Shown piece after piece: positions 1-14,010 of a stretch of 64,000 nt of DNA. The first letter of the stretch is position 1; each line of letters starts with the position of its first letter. The notes under the pieces are model-generated. The model did no database searches. It was not told the origin of the DNA and saw only the letters and a program-made list of their open reading frames with translations. The stretch is from the NCBI GenBank assembly GCA_951406725.2, contig OX597823.1, positions 7,006,001 to 7,070,000 on the forward strand, written 5' to 3'. A program made the position numbers and the translations under genes. This DNA is from Octopus vulgaris (Eukaryota).

Positions 1-88
1 AGTCCCGGGGTCGATTTGCTCGACTAAAGGCGGTGCTCCAGCATGGCCGCAGTCAAATGACTGAAACAAGTAAAAGAGTAAAAGAGAG
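1..88 (+). mobile_element. tRNA-derived SINE family A, 3' end
   Basis: Near-identical to the 3' part of 49174-49585 and 63369-63785, with (GTAAAAGA)n tail. Confidence 0.85.
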
Positions 89-499
89 CATATACACATA
101 GACACGAGGTAGTAATGGATGACTGTGCAGCAAATTTACCATTCATGTTGCATCCCTTATTAGTAAGCTCATTAAACTCCCACTGCTGCTTGAATCCATT
201 GCTTACTACAAGGTCTGACAAGGGCTATAATGTAATATAAAGTGTACATCAATGAAGAGAGAAAGAATGCAGGCAGGAACTTGGTATTGCTTTATTATAT
301 ATGCATTGACATATAAACAGGAAATAATAATAACAGTAATAAAAGTGATATAACATGTTACTAATTCATCCATACACTTATTGCTGTGGTCTATTCAACC
401 ATACATGGTACTAACAATAGTGATAATCATCATCATAGCAATATTACACATAATAATGAAATACTTAGGAAATATTTACACATACACATATATAAATGC

Positions 500-538
<39 letters not shown>

Positions 539-760
539 CAACAGAGACATACATATACTGCTTATATAAATTCATATGAAAATATACTCAAAACATTCAC
601 ATACTTATGCACTTGTACAGACTCAGTATATATATATATATACACACACACACATACACATGTATATACATACATTCACTTCATTCCCCAAAATATATAT
701 ATTCACACACACAAACACACATATGGATACACTCACTTCACATCCTCACAATATGAAGTG

Positions 761-798
<38 letters not shown>

Positions 799-1152
799 CA
801 TACCTACTTCATACACACACACACATATATATAAACAAAATTAGTAATGCAGTAATGGGAATAACCTCAACCAGTATACGAACCGTCGTGTGCATTTGCC
901 ACCAAAGAATGTACCAACAACAGTAACAATGCACATTCTACCGACAACAGTATTAGTAATAAAGTAAAACAAAATTATCATAAGTAATCATATCATTATG
1001 ATAATCATTATCACTAATGATGTTAGTACCATCTGTTGTGGTGTAGGCCCTTGGCAGTTTGTGTGTAGGTAAAGTATTGATATTTCATATTATTATTATT
1101 ATTATTATACTATTATTATTTTTCATCTATATGTATATACATCTGAATGTAC

Positions 1153-1215
<63 letters not shown>

Positions 1216-1296
1216 CAGACACACATATAAGTACATACATACACACATGAATAAATATATGTATATATATGTATAAATATGGACATATATGTGTAT

Positions 1297-1405
1297 ATCA
1301 TCATCATTGTCATTTAACGTCTGTCTTCCATGCTGGCATAGGTTGGACAGTTTGACAGGAGCCAGCCAGCTAGAAGACTACACCAGGCTACTGTGTCTGT
1401 TTTTG
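1297..1405 (-). mobile_element. Family B retroposon 3' end, diverged
   Basis: (CAT)n-gtcatttaacgtctgtcttccatgctggcataggttggacag matches other B copies. Confidence 0.7.
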
Positions 1406-2170
1406 CATGCACACCTGACACCTGTGTGTATGTTCGTATGGATTTGCAGACTTGTTTACAAATATTAGCTACAAAGTGTGTGTTTGCCTGTGTGCTTGAA
1501 GACATACTGGATCTACATCTGTGCATTATGTGATTACATATGTATATGTTTAGGTGTATGCACTTGTGTGTGTGTTCATGTACATATGAGGATGTGTGTG
1601 TATATGTATAGAGACAGAGGTGTATGCGTGTACCTGTACACTTTTGTATGTGTGTATGTGGATATATCTATCACAATGTGTGGCAACAAAATCTTTGTAG
1701 TATGGCAATTTATAACCCCTTCCACAATTCCATTTCTGCCTGCCTATCTAGATACTATGTCTATTTGCATATCTGGCTTTCTTCTTGACCTTTGTCTCCG
1801 CCTTCCTTTTGGTAACTGACCCCACATTGTTATCTATATCATTATACACTTGTGATTTTGTAGGTGTAAATCCCTTCTCTCCTGCCCCTGTTCCTTGTTC
1901 CTTCTCGCCTTATATCTATTAGTTATTTATACACGATGACTCTGTGTTTGTGACTTGCATTTCATCTCTGCCCGAGGACATGTTTGGTTTGGTTATGTAT
2001 ACTGCACTTATAAGTTGCATACATCTTACAGTTTTAATAAAAGAATACCAATTCATGCCCATATCCATACATGCATGCATGCATGCATGCATACATACAT
2101 GCATGCATGCATACATACATGCATGCGTATGTATGTATGTTGTATATGTGAAGGTATATATCTATGTAAG

Positions 2171-2400
2171 GGCGGCGAGCTGGCAGAAACGTTAGCACGC
2201 CGGGCGAAATGCTTAGCGGTATTTCGTCTGCGTTACGTTGTGAGTTCAAATTCCGCCGAGGTCAACTTTGCCTTTCATCCTTTCGGGGTCGATAAATTAA
2301 GTACCAGTTACGCACTGGGGTCGATTTAATCGACTTAATACCTATGTCTGTCCTTGTTTGTCCCCTCTGTGTTTAGCCCCCTGTGGGTAATAAAGAAATA
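2171..2400 (+). mobile_element. tRNA-derived SINE family C
   Basis: Head ggcggcgagctggcagaaacgttag with B box gagttcaaattcc, then gcctttcatcctttcggggtcgataaattaagtaccag. A related copy lies at 45583-45747 (-). Confidence 0.85.
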
Positions 2401-2447
2401 GGTATATATCTATGTGTGTGTTTTTTTGTGTTTGCCAATTTTCCTTC

Positions 2448-2483
<36 letters not shown>

Positions 2484-2672
2484 CGGAAGCCAGACATATA
2501 ATAATATCTTTATGTGATTCATTTACTGGTTGCATACCATCTGCTAATTATGAACATTATAATTATTAGTTAATCCAGAGCTTCATAAAACCACTGTTGG
2601 GTTAAACTATGTATTCTCTTCTTAGTATTCTGTATTTTGTATGCTCTGTGTAAATATATTTGTTATAAAAAG

Positions 2673-2706
<34 letters not shown>

Positions 2707-3559
2707 CAGACAAGAAAGTAATATTTCAAACAAAGTATAGATTGGGTATTTTGCCCTTTACGCAGATACAACCACACATAATATTAGGCAATATAGTGGA
2801 ATACATGAAGTAAATTTGAACAGAAAACGCTTCAGTTACACTGAAGAGTTTATTTTTTAATCAAAGTAGTTTAAAAGAATTTAGTATGATGACACTGAAT
2901 ATAGAAATTTTTGATAAATTAGATTGTTTTTCACTTCAGTGAATAAAAATAAAGTTATATATATATATATTTTTTCGGAATAAAGAGCTCTTGAGAAATA
3001 TCTTAATCATTGTTTCAAAATTTCAATGAATGTTTCTTATATCAATAATGGAAGTATTCTCTATTAAGCAAATATTCTAGAATTGGTGAATTGCTGTGAA
3101 TATCTAAAATTTTTGAATCAAATGATACTGAATTAGTAATTAATTTTTTTTTTTTTAATTTTGTATTAGAAATAGCTTTTGGTGTAGTTCATTCTATATA
3201 AATGAAATTTAAGTATACATCTGGGAAATTAAATCAATCAACTATTTAACATGATTAAAAAATTTCACTATTTTATTCATTTCTAACTAATAAGTTTGTT
3301 TTGTTCACCCATATTAAAAAGTTTTGCTGTATAGTTTTTATAAAGTGTAATTTTGCAGCTTATTCCTTTCTTAATTAATTTTTTTTTTGCAAAGATTATT
3401 TTAACAATATTTTAACACTTTTTTTAGGAATTAAAAATATAAATAGAGAATGTGTGTGCGTGCGTGCGTGTGTGCATGAATGTGACTCATGGTATCTGGC
3501 AACAAAACTGCAGCCCAGGTATAGCTTGAACTGCACCCTCTTAACCAGTCTGTCTTCCA

Positions 3560-4201
3560 GTAGTTTAGCTTTTAGGACGTATATTTTCATCTGCTTGTTC
3601 TGATGATGGTGATAGTCCTTTGGCTATTTTTTTGTTCAAGGTATGTCCCTCAAGATCTGCCCAGATCAGTAAGAACAACCTTTCTTTGTGAAACGTTTAG
3701 CTGGGACAATCTTGCTACTAAATCAGATGTTTAGGTCTTTCCCTGAACATGACTGATTGTTTAGGAGTGTGAGCAACAGTATCTGAGGAGAGGCCATATA
3801 TTGCACATCACTCAGTGAAAGGTACTATCTACACAGCTATTGGACATCAGAACTCTGAGAATATATCAAAGACTAGCCAGCACACAACCACTCCAAGGAC
3901 AGTGATAAAGAGTAGGCAAAGTTTGAAACATCATCCAAGAAACAGTTGAGAACACTATTGGTTTCATGAAAAGGATGAGCCAGGATTGGTTTGATGAAAA
4001 CAACAGAGGTATCCCAAAATTCATCAATGCTAAAAGTGTTGTTTGCTTCTTGCTTGATCAAGACCCACCCTCAAACAAAAAATAAAAATAAAAAATAAAC
4101 ACTTCTAAGATCTCAACTGGCTATGTCAAGGTTGAATCAAAGAGATTCAAAACAACTGCTGGATAGAAAAGGCTATTAAACTTCAATTGTATGCAGATAC
4201 T

Positions 4202-4233
<32 letters not shown>

Positions 4234-5040
4234 TTAGCGTCCGTTTTCCATGCTAGCATGGGCTGGACGGTTCAACTGGGGTCTGTGAAGCCGGAAGGCT
4301 TCATCAGGCCCAGTCAGAACCTTAAAAATTTCTGTGCCTGTACCAAAGAACTGTATGACCTAACCCAGGTTTCAACAAGTGCTTTGAAAACTGCCAACAT
4401 TCTTAGTGACAGTCAAAACATATTGAACTGCTGGAAGAAATACTTCAGCACTCTACTTAATTGGACCTCCACTACAGCTGAAGATTTTTCTTAGATTAGT
4501 GCCTCCCCTTCCACCTCAACCATGGATATTGAACCCTTTATCTTTTCATTTATTCAGAGTTGCCATGAGAAAGATACAACTAATAAAATCACTTGGTTCT
4601 GATAACATCCCTCTGAGACTCATCCAAAACGGTGGCCAGCTTTTTAAGAACAAAGCTATTTCACCTCTTCCTATTTCACCCAAATACTACCTGCAAATCT
4701 AAAGAATTCTCTTATCAGTATAATCTTTAAGAAAACAGATAGCAGTATTTGTAGGAACTGCCATGACATATCCCTCCTCTCTATTCTAAGGAAAATCTTT
4801 ATGAGAATACTGCTCAACTGTTTGTTGGTTGTCATGAAGAAACTGTTGTGACGATTTCAGTGTGGGTTTCAAGCCTCTAGAACAATTGATAAGATATCCT
4901 CTAAAAGACAACTACAGGAAAAATGCAGAGAACAACATAAACCTCTCTTGCTGGTCTTTTATGATCTTAACAAATGATGCAGATGAGTATACCCTCAACT
5001 GGAAAAGGTAGAGATGATCAAAACGCTATGTGACAGTAGA
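3560..5040 (+). mobile_element. Decayed RTE-clade LINE, interrupted by a family B copy at 4204-4317
   Basis: Residual motifs KSLGSDNIP, NCHDISLLSIL, QCGFQASR and RQLQEKCREQHKPLLLVFYDL, with many stops and frameshifts. The 5' boundary is uncertain. Confidence 0.75.
4204..4317 (-). mobile_element. Family B retroposon 3' end nested in the RTE relic
   Basis: (CAT)n-ttagcgtccgttttccatgctagcatgggctggacgg, near-identical to 41283 and 58188. Confidence 0.85.
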
Positions 5041-5703
5041 AGCTTCACTGCTGTGGGCCACCAGTTTGGTGCTGAGGTTCCATTTAAAAAGTGTGTGGAA
5101 ATAATTCACTTATCAGATTCCTTTATCACTGTTTTTTCTACCTTTTTTTTCTTTTCTTTTTTTTCTTTTCTTTTTTTCTTTTTGAATTAGACCCCCTTGA
5201 TGAAACAAAAATAGATGTATTACAGTCAAAAACAGATTAATTATACTATGCATTTTTACATCATAATCTTGGCTCCAGAGTATTTAATTTACTATTATAC
5301 TGCAAGCAAATTTCATTAAATATTATCATTTCTGATATGAAAACATTTGTAAATGTTTTCTATTAGTAAAACACTTTTTTTTTCTTTTATCACATTTCAG
5401 AAGATTTGTCATAAGCTCAAAACCTCTTTCTGGGGGATGAACATATATAGTCAATGGAATCAATATATTATGGATACTTATTTTATCAATCTCCTAATGA
5501 TCAAAAGCAAAATTGATCCAGTGGGATTTTAAATCAGAATATAGAATAATGTATTTAATGATATCTACATTTTAAAAATTCAAGTTAACTAACATTTCTT
5601 ATATTACTCATGTTTTTCCCTGATTTTATCCTCACTCTGTAGCCAATCATTCCACAGCTCTGTCACCAAATGTATGCGTATTGCTATCATGCTGGGTTTG
5701 GGG

Positions 5704-5753
<50 letters not shown>

Positions 5754-7064
5754 AGTTGCTGCACTTGATAATATTTCAAAAAGCAATCTTTTATGACTTT
5801 TGTCGATTTAGTTTTGAATTATACTTTAAATGCAACTCATTATGCTTTTCTTTGTTAGTCTAAGAAATGCTTAGCTTAACTTCTGACTAAACAATAAAAT
5901 CTAGCTCTTTTCTATAAAAAATAAATACTTCTAGTTGATCATGCAGTTATCAGAAATGAATATACATGCATGTTCTTCATAAGTACTAGTATTTCTTGTA
6001 GCACTAGTCACTGTATTGTACCTAGGGACTGTAGAAACTGATATACTTTATGGCTCTGAGCTAGTGATAAGAGTTGAGAAAGGTTCAAAGAGGATTTTAT
6101 TGAATAAATGGAAGGTACATTGGAAGCAAAATGGACTGATTAGCAAAGTTAGATGAAATACTTTGGAACTAAAATATGTGGTCTGATTTAGAGTGAAAAA
6201 CTGTAGACAATTTATTGATGGCCATCTTGTAGAGTTATTGAATAATCTCTTGCTACTACTGTAAAGAGTTATTTCTTCCAGAAGTCTTAGGATATTTTCT
6301 TTTCATATTTTATAGTATGCTCTATTCTCTCCAAAAGCAGGAAATCATCTTTGGTGATGTGGAAGATTTACAGAAGCATATCTCAGAGAAGAGTCTTTGT
6401 CATTCATTTAGCTGTCTCTGACAGATTGGGGTTGAAACACATTTGCTGCCAGTTGTGAAATGTGGAGGGATGTAATTAATATGCCAACAAATGACTGATT
6501 GATCAGTTGGATTAGTGAATGTATTTTGATGGTGTCTTGAATTCTGACTGGGTTTGAAAGTGAAGAAACAGCTGTGAGTGTTTGCAGAGTTGGTCAAGGG
6601 CACAAACAGGAGTGGAAATTAATTAATGTAAAATAATCAGAATGGTATATTTTTAGCTTCTGCACCAAATGCATCTGAATGGGTGGAGTGAAATTTTTTG
6701 CTTTTCTTTTTTATATTGAAGTCATTAGACATGATGATTTTAGTAAATATAGAAATGTGATGGTTGTCCTTATTACCAAATGAGAAATGGTAAAACAGCT
6801 GCTGAATGCTGGATAAATGCAGTGAGTAGTAAAATTAGCAAATGAACTTAAAGGAATTAGGAAATGAGATGTTCAGCTAGAGCAGCTTGTTCTATGTTGG
6901 CTACATAAGAGTGAAATCTAGAGAGTTTTTTTTTTCTTTTTTAAAAGTTGGAATAGTGTAACTATAGGTAGTTGAAAATACAGGGTGTGAGATCCTTGTC
7001 TCAAAAATGAAGACTTTTGTTGTGTCCTTGTAGCTCTAAGATAGATATGGTCTGTCAGACTTAA

Positions 7065-7285
7065 CCCTTTTGTTACTGAATTTATTTTGAGATGCTCAGT
7101 GTTTCTTCCAATTATTTTAAATATAACAAAGAATTAAGTAAAATAACATCGTTATCATTAAGCTAGAGTTAGAGACATAAATTGAGACTAAGGTTTGGTG
7201 GAAGGTTTTAATTCAGAACTTTTGAAAACCAGACATTTGTACTAAAGAGCCAGAGCCGGTTTCAGCCGGGTTGGTAACGAAAGGG
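7065..7285. mobile_element. piggyBac-type MITE, copy 1
   Basis: TTAA on both sides (7061-7064, 7286-7289). Ends CCCTTTTGTTAC...GTAACGAAAGGG. A second copy lies at 54016-54237. Confidence 0.85.
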
Positions 7286-8853
7286 TTAATTCAACTGATA
7301 AGATGTAACCTGTTGATGTGTTTTCTAGATAAGTTATTCATCCTCTTAACTGAGGAACATACTGCACATGTTCAGTGTTTGTATGGGCAGTGGTGTGGTA
7401 GTATGTACAGTGAGTCTCTCTATTGTCCAATTGTATTTCTTTACACTTATAGATTTTGGTGGTTTACCATTGAGGAAGTGGACTAGATGAACTTAGAATG
7501 CAATAACTGCTATTCATATGAAAGTATTGAATGCCTTTGTCACAACATAGGACTAAAGAGGTTATAGATGCTGCAACTGTTTTTGCGTGTATATGCTTTT
7601 TTATGCTTGTCTAGGTTGAGTGAAAGATATAATACTCTTAGGACAGTTTTAGAAGGTATTGTAATTGTTGAACTTTGTCTGATATTTTTCTTTTGTCGTT
7701 TAGGTAATCAGTGGGTATAAAATTTGAGCAAGGACTATGAATAACCAAAGATCTTGTCGTAACTTTTGTTTATATTCTTGATCATATTCACTAGTTGTTA
7801 AATTTTTACTTTATAGGAATTTGCAAGGAAAACTAAAACTTTTGCTTTGTTAATTAACCACTCCTTTTCTCACTCCGCCAGTGAAAAGAACCAATTGAAA
7901 GTAATTAACTTCATGATGACCTAATGTAATTCTGTTTGCTGGGGGTGGGGCTCTGTCACAGACTAGTAAAATATTAATATTTATATGTTTAATTTAACAA
8001 GGAAAATATTTAGTGTAGTTGTTTATCCACACATATTTGGCCAAAAAATATGATCTGCACTAAACTTCCTATTTTATGATGAAAATATTGTATAGTGTAG
8101 ATTTTATTTGAATTTTTGCTCTTGAGAAGGTAATGATTCCTTTTATTAGATATAAGCATGAAAATAGATTTTAAAAGAAAGAAAAAATTTTTAAATTAGA
8201 TTTTCTTATAATTATCAGTTTTTAAATAAAAATTTAAAAAAATATATATTTGCCATTCCTATTTTAATTATGTTTAAGACTCAGTATCTATTTCTTTTTC
8301 TTATAAGGAAAGTAGTTTACTTTGTTTTATATGTTTTGGGTTTCAAAATATTTATTTTTATAGCAATTATATCTCTGAATAAAAGCAAATTACAAAACTG
8401 ACTTTCAACTCACTCTTTCCTCTTCTTGAGTGCTAATTAAGCAGTTTAGTTTTATATTCCTTTCAATTGCCAAGTGCTGCACCCACTTTTCCATTGACCT
8501 ATATTAGCTATGCTTCCTAATCAACACATCCCATTCTTAACATCTTTAGTTCCCTGATTGCAAAAGAATACCCTTTCTTTATTTGTTATTTTCCTTCTAA
8601 GCTTTTCTTGAGTAACAATAGACTTATTTCTCTGCAAATAATAAAAATAAAAAAAAAAATCTGACTTTTGTTTTTCCTCTTCACAACATAACATGGGATA
8701 TGCTGAAAGATAGGTAAACCTTTAATGAGCTCATTCAGTGTTCTTGTTAAAGATACCAAACTTGAATGAAACAAATTGCATACATTGATTTGATTTCATT
8801 CAATATGACAACTGCTACAAACACCACTGTTTTCTATTACTAAATACAAACAA

Positions 8854-8854
<1 letters not shown>

Positions 8855-8907
<53 letters not shown>

Positions 8908-8931
8908 ACTACTACTGCTACTACTACTACT
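8855..8931. repeat. (CTG)n grading into (CTA)n microsatellite
   Basis: Seen directly. Confidence 0.95.
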
Positions 8932-8980
8932 GAAATAAAAATTATTTTTCTCCTATACCTGAATGCTGCTTCTTCTTCTT

Positions 8981-8984
<4 letters not shown>

Positions 8985-9045
<61 letters not shown>

Positions 9046-9053
9046 CATTATCA

Positions 9054-9105
<52 letters not shown>

Positions 9106-9168
9106 CATCATCATTATTATTATTATTTTTATTATTATCATCATTATTATTATTATTATCATTATTAT
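8985..9168. repeat. (TTA)n microsatellite
   Basis: Seen directly. It abuts the 3' end of the R4/Dong-like relic. Confidence 0.95.
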
Positions 9169-9169
9169 T

Positions 9170-10390
9170 TCTTCAACAGTTTTATATGAGTTTCTACTCT
9201 ATCACCACCACCAGATGCACCTCTCTATTCCTGAGGTGTATACAGCATTGTCTTTTTAGAATGTAGAATTATGTTTGGATACTACATCAATTAACATTGT
9301 TTGAATTCGGTTCGTTGTTTCTGGTGCTATTTTAGTATTTCGACTGTGATGTAGATGTGTAATGCAAGTTGTGTTATTTGGTTGGATAATGTTTGTGTTT
9401 TATACGCTCTGTGGGTTGTCTTATTTAACATCTTGTACAGAACGGGAGTTTATAGGAGCTGCTGGTGCTACAGTATTGGATATTGATTCTATAAGAATAC
9501 GTGTTATGTTATTGGGTGATGATCCTTTAGAATATGTGTTGTGTTATATTGTTTGGTGGTAATTCTTTTGAGCCTGTGTTGTGTGAGCTCTGTTATTTTA
9601 CTGGATGGTTATTGTATAGGGTATGTGTTGTGTGAAGAGGGCATAATGTTTGTGTCGTGCTATTGAATTGCAAGTATCTTGTAATGGGTGGAGCCTGTGC
9701 TTGGGACTTGGGGTTCTCTTTTGGACTGTGTGTAATTTTGTGATCTTTACTATGATTTGTATAACTTTGTTCATTACCTGTCTTACTATACCTAGTTCTC
9801 CAATTATTATCAATACTAGTTCCCTTTTTCATGCTTCCCATCCTTCTTCAATTTCAATATCTAACATTTTCTCCACCTTCTTTTTGGTAATATTCTGGTC
9901 AGAAGGGATTCAGATGTCCATTGCATTAACGTTTTCATTCCATTTCTTACCAATTATATCTGGAAGGGTTGCTTAGATCTCTTTCTTGGTCTGTACAGGC
10001 ATGTCCCAAATTATTTTGTCCACATTCTGTGTCTGATACATGTTTAAAACATTTTTTTATCTGCTTTCCCATCCAAGTCATTTTATTGCCCAATGGACAT
10101 AGTTTCTGACTTGATCATGGTGGTAACTATATTTGAACTTGGTGATGACAGATCAACCAGGCATTATGTGGTCAACCATCTGGCAGTAATACTTCCATAC
10201 TCTGTACTTGATATTAATTAGCATCTTATTTATGGCCAGGGATTGGTACTATGCAGCTGAAACCATACATGCTTCTGTTTTTAGCTTTTAAGTGCTTGAG
10301 CCATTGTTGGCTTTCTCTCTAGCATATTTCCTTTTTATCAAGTCCTGTGGAATACTGACTATGGAGTGGTTTTTATCTCCATTTTTTTCT
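9170..10390 (-). mobile_element. Decayed R4/Dong-like LINE (restriction-like endonuclease end)
   Basis: Minus-strand remnants KTEACMVSAA*YQSL, DHIMPG, HHDQVRNYVHW, IIWDMPVQTKKEI*ATLPDII, DI*IPSDQNI and IIIGELGIV. The 3' end ataaaactgttgaa runs into (TAA)n. Confidence 0.75.
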
Positions 10391-10660
10391 TCAGTTATCT
10401 ACATTGTTTTGACATCTGCTTTTCCATGCTTGCATGGATCAAACAAAATTCCCTGAGGCAGATATTCTATGAGTGAATGTTCTTACTAGCGCCAAGTCTC
10501 ACCTGTTTCCAAGCAAGAAAATATTTGATTTTTAATAAAATCACATTTTATTGTGTATTTAAAATTTTGCTGACATTTATTTTATAAAGAAGACACAAAT
10601 AATAAAAAGTCAGGCGAAAATTCTCATTCTATATCGCTTTGTTAAGCAAGTATTACTAAT

Positions 10661-11033
10661 GGATGGAAGCACTCCGTCAGTTACGACGATGAGGGTTCCG
10701 GTTGATCCGAATCAACGGAACAGCCTGCTCGTGAAATTAACGTGTAAGTGGCTGAGCACTCCACAGACACGTGTACCCTTAACGTAGTTCTCGGGGATAT
10801 TCAGCGTGACACAGAGAGTGATAAGGCCGGCCCTTTGAAATACAGGTACAACAGAAACAGGAAGTAAGAGTGAGAGAAAGTTGTGGTGAAAGAGTACAGC
10901 AGGGATCACCACCATCCCCTGCCGGAGCCTTGTGGAGCTTTAGATGTTTTCGCTCAATAAACACTCACAACGCCCGGTCTGGGAATCGAAACCGTGAGTC
11001 CGCTGCCCTAACCACTGGGCCATTGCGCCTCCA
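10661..11033 (-). mobile_element. tRNA-derived SINE family D
   Basis: Minus-strand head tggaggcgcaatggcccagtggttaggg with B box ggtttcgattccc. Target duplication agtaYtactaat at 10649-10660 and 11036-11047. Confidence 0.85.
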
Positions 11034-11685
11034 CTAGTACTACTAATATGCTAGAATGTCATATCACTCATGACTCTGTGTAGGTAACTACTTGATATTT
11101 GTTTTATAGAAAAACATTAAATTGGAGAATGATGGGTGCAAGTTGCTTATTATATTTTGAAATCATCAACAAAATTGTGATTTTGCTGTATGTGTATATG
11201 ACAACTATAAAACAATTTAATACATGACCACTGATGTGCAAGCCTAATGGCAAAAATTTCTTTGGTGGTAAAGCATACATAAATGTGACTGCTATTAAAA
11301 AAACCTATACAGAAGCTAAATATATTTTTTATCCTGATGATGAAACTGTGAAGGTTCAGAAACCTTGATTATGAATCGAGAAATATTATTATTCCTAACA
11401 ACCTGCAGAAACATGTACAGAAATATGAAAAAGATAATACTGGAACATAGTTGTTTTCTATAAAATGTAAAAGAGAAAAACTGTTTCCCATAAATACAAA
11501 TCTATTTGTTCCCATATACTGTATTTCATTTATAAGATATTGGTCAACTCAAGGCTGTGAACCTCAATATGAGGATCTGTGCACTGGAATTGAACCTGGT
11601 ATTATGTGGTTGCGAAACAAACCTCTTTGACAGCTATTCTGTGCTGGTATATGCTCATGTATATAGATATACCTGTGTATATATT

Positions 11686-12080
11686 ACTCTTTTACTTGTT
11701 TCAGTCATTTGACTGTGGCCATGCTGGAGCACTGCCTTTTAGTCGAGCAAATCAACCCCGGGACTTATTCTTTGTAAGCCCAGTACTTATTCTATCGGTC
11801 TCTTTTGCCGAACCGCTAAGTGACGGGGACGTAAACACACCAGCATCAGTTGTCAAGCAATGCTAGGGGGACAAACACAGACACACAAACATACACACAC
11901 ACACTTATATACATATATACGACGGGCTTCTTTCAGTTTCCGTCTACCAAATCCACTCACAAGTCATTGGTCGGCCCGGGGCTATAGCAGAAGACACTTG
12001 TCCAAGATGCCACGCAGTGGGACTGAACCCGGAACCATGTGGTTGGTTATCAAGCTACTTACCACACAGCCACTCCTGCG
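11686..12080 (-). mobile_element. tRNA-derived SINE family A, full length
   Basis: A box tggctgtgtgg, B box ggttcagtccc, internal CA/TA tract and GTAAAAGA tail. Confidence 0.9.
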
Positions 12081-12540
12081 TTATGTGTGTGTATACTTTT
12101 AGATTGTGTATTTTCTATTATGTCTTTATTTACCTAAATCCTTTGTCTTGGCTTATATACTTATATGTTTATATTTGTTGCCAGTGTCAGACAAAATTCC
12201 CTGACATATTTCTAGATTAAATCCTGCTGAGGGTTAGCTGGTCAATAACATTAAAGTACCAGTCAAGCACTGGGGTTGATGGTATCAGCTAACTCCCTCC
12301 TCTCAAAAGTTGTTGGTCTTATGTTTAATTCAGAAACAAACGTTATTTTAAAACATTAAGTAAGTAGGGTGCAAAAAAAAAAAAACCAGCAGAAATCTCT
12401 GCAGTGCCTCTGTGCATTGATCTGAAATCTCACTAGGGCCAGGTATAGATTTCATCCTTCCAGAATCAATGAAAGAAGCAGCAGTTGAATCTTGGAATTG
12501 ATTTAATCAACTACTATTCTTTTAATAACTCTTTTAAAAT

Positions 12541-12706
12541 CATCATCATCGTTTAACGTCTGTTTTCCGCGCTAGCACGTGTTGGACGGTTTGACTGGGG
12601 TCTGGGAAGCCAGGGGCTGCACCAGGCTCCAGTCTGATCTGGCAGTGTTTCTACAGCTGGATGCCCTTCCTAACGCCAACCACTCCGCGAGTGTAGTGGG
12701 TGTTTT
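12541..12706 (-). mobile_element. Family B retroposon 3' end
   Basis: Near-identical to 43915-44112. Confidence 0.85.
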
Positions 12707-13639
12707 TTTGGTTCACATTATTATTGGTATTATTTTTATTATTATTTTGAAAAGAGTAATAAAAGGTGGGTAAAAAGTGTCATACAGTGTCTAGAGTCAT
12801 CTCTGTACATGCAGAGTTCAAATACCATTGGCGTCAATTTTGTGTTTTATTCCTTTTACTGGCAATAAAATAAGCACCAAAGCTGATTCAGTGAGCTACA
12901 CCTTCCCTTCCTTAAAATTGTTAAACCTTGTTCCACTCAGAGAAGTAAGTTATCTTGAAATTTCCATTTTTAAAATAACAACTATCTCGACCTTTTTTTA
13001 AAGATATTAAACTTATCATAACCTGAAAGATTTCAAATTATAATTGTCTACAAAACCAATGAAATTTATTGGTAAAGATTTAATAGAATCTCATCTTTTT
13101 TGCTGTAAACATGTTCAAAACAATTTGACAAGTAATTGATTTAATTATCATTCTTAATATAATGCAAGTTCAAATAGTTTTTTTCTGACTCATTTCTTTT
13201 TAAGTATGAAAACAACTAAATTGGTATCAAAAGTCATTTAATTCATTTATAACAAATGGTGATAATTTGCAGCCAGATTAGTTCCTTTTAAACATTTTCT
13301 GTTCCTTATCAGTTCTCACTCTAAGGCTTATAGCAGAATGCTCATAATATTTGTCTTAAAATAATAATTACTATATTTTGTTTTTGGAAATATATAATAT
13401 AATATTTTGGAAATATATAATATTTTTATTAGGCACAATAAGAAAATTACTCTCCCCAGACACAACAGAATAATTACTATAATATACTATATGCAATAAA
13501 ATATTTAGACATATCTTTAAACATGTTGTTTTATTCAGTTTAATGAGGGTTAGAAGGATATAAAGTAATGTTGACCAAATTAGGATTTGAACTGATAACA
13601 TTGGTTATTAGATGATAACATTAGTTATTAGATGTATGC

Positions 13640-14010
13640 ATAGCTGAGTGCTAAGGAGTTTACTTCTCAACCACTTTGTTCTGGGTTCAGCTCCACATCA
13701 TACCACCTTGGGTAAGTTTCTTCTACTGTAGCCTTATGAGTGAATTTCATTGATGGAAACTGAAAAGAAGCCTGTCATACACAAACACATGCATACATAC
13801 TTGGGCACTCACACACAAACAATGTGTGTGTGTGTGTGTGTGTGTGTATGTTTGTGTCTTCTTAACTAATGACACAAGCAATGTCATTCATCTTCAATAT
13901 CTTGTGAGAACATGTCAGACCATGAGGAAATATGACTTTGCTTGGAAACAAAGAGAATCCAGCCACAGAAAAGTGGACATAAAAATGATGATGATGATGA
14001 TGATGATGAT
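13640..14010 (+). mobile_element. Old SINE with family-A-like head and family-B-like (GAT)n tail
   Basis: Diverged head ctgggttcagctcca...cttctactgtagcc...gaaactgaaaagaagcc. Tail gaaaagtggacataaaa(atg)n. Confidence 0.6.

Noticed and set aside
5385-5440. Possible upstream dve exon after ttttatcacatttcag (also acceptor-like sites near 7700 and 7815)
   Set aside because: No frame resembles the CUTL or ULD domains.
5990-7720. Possible very old LINE relic
   Set aside because: No convincing protein motifs could be read by eye.
8855-8907. (CTG)n as a polyQ/polyA coding tract
   Set aside because: No flanking ORF or splice context.
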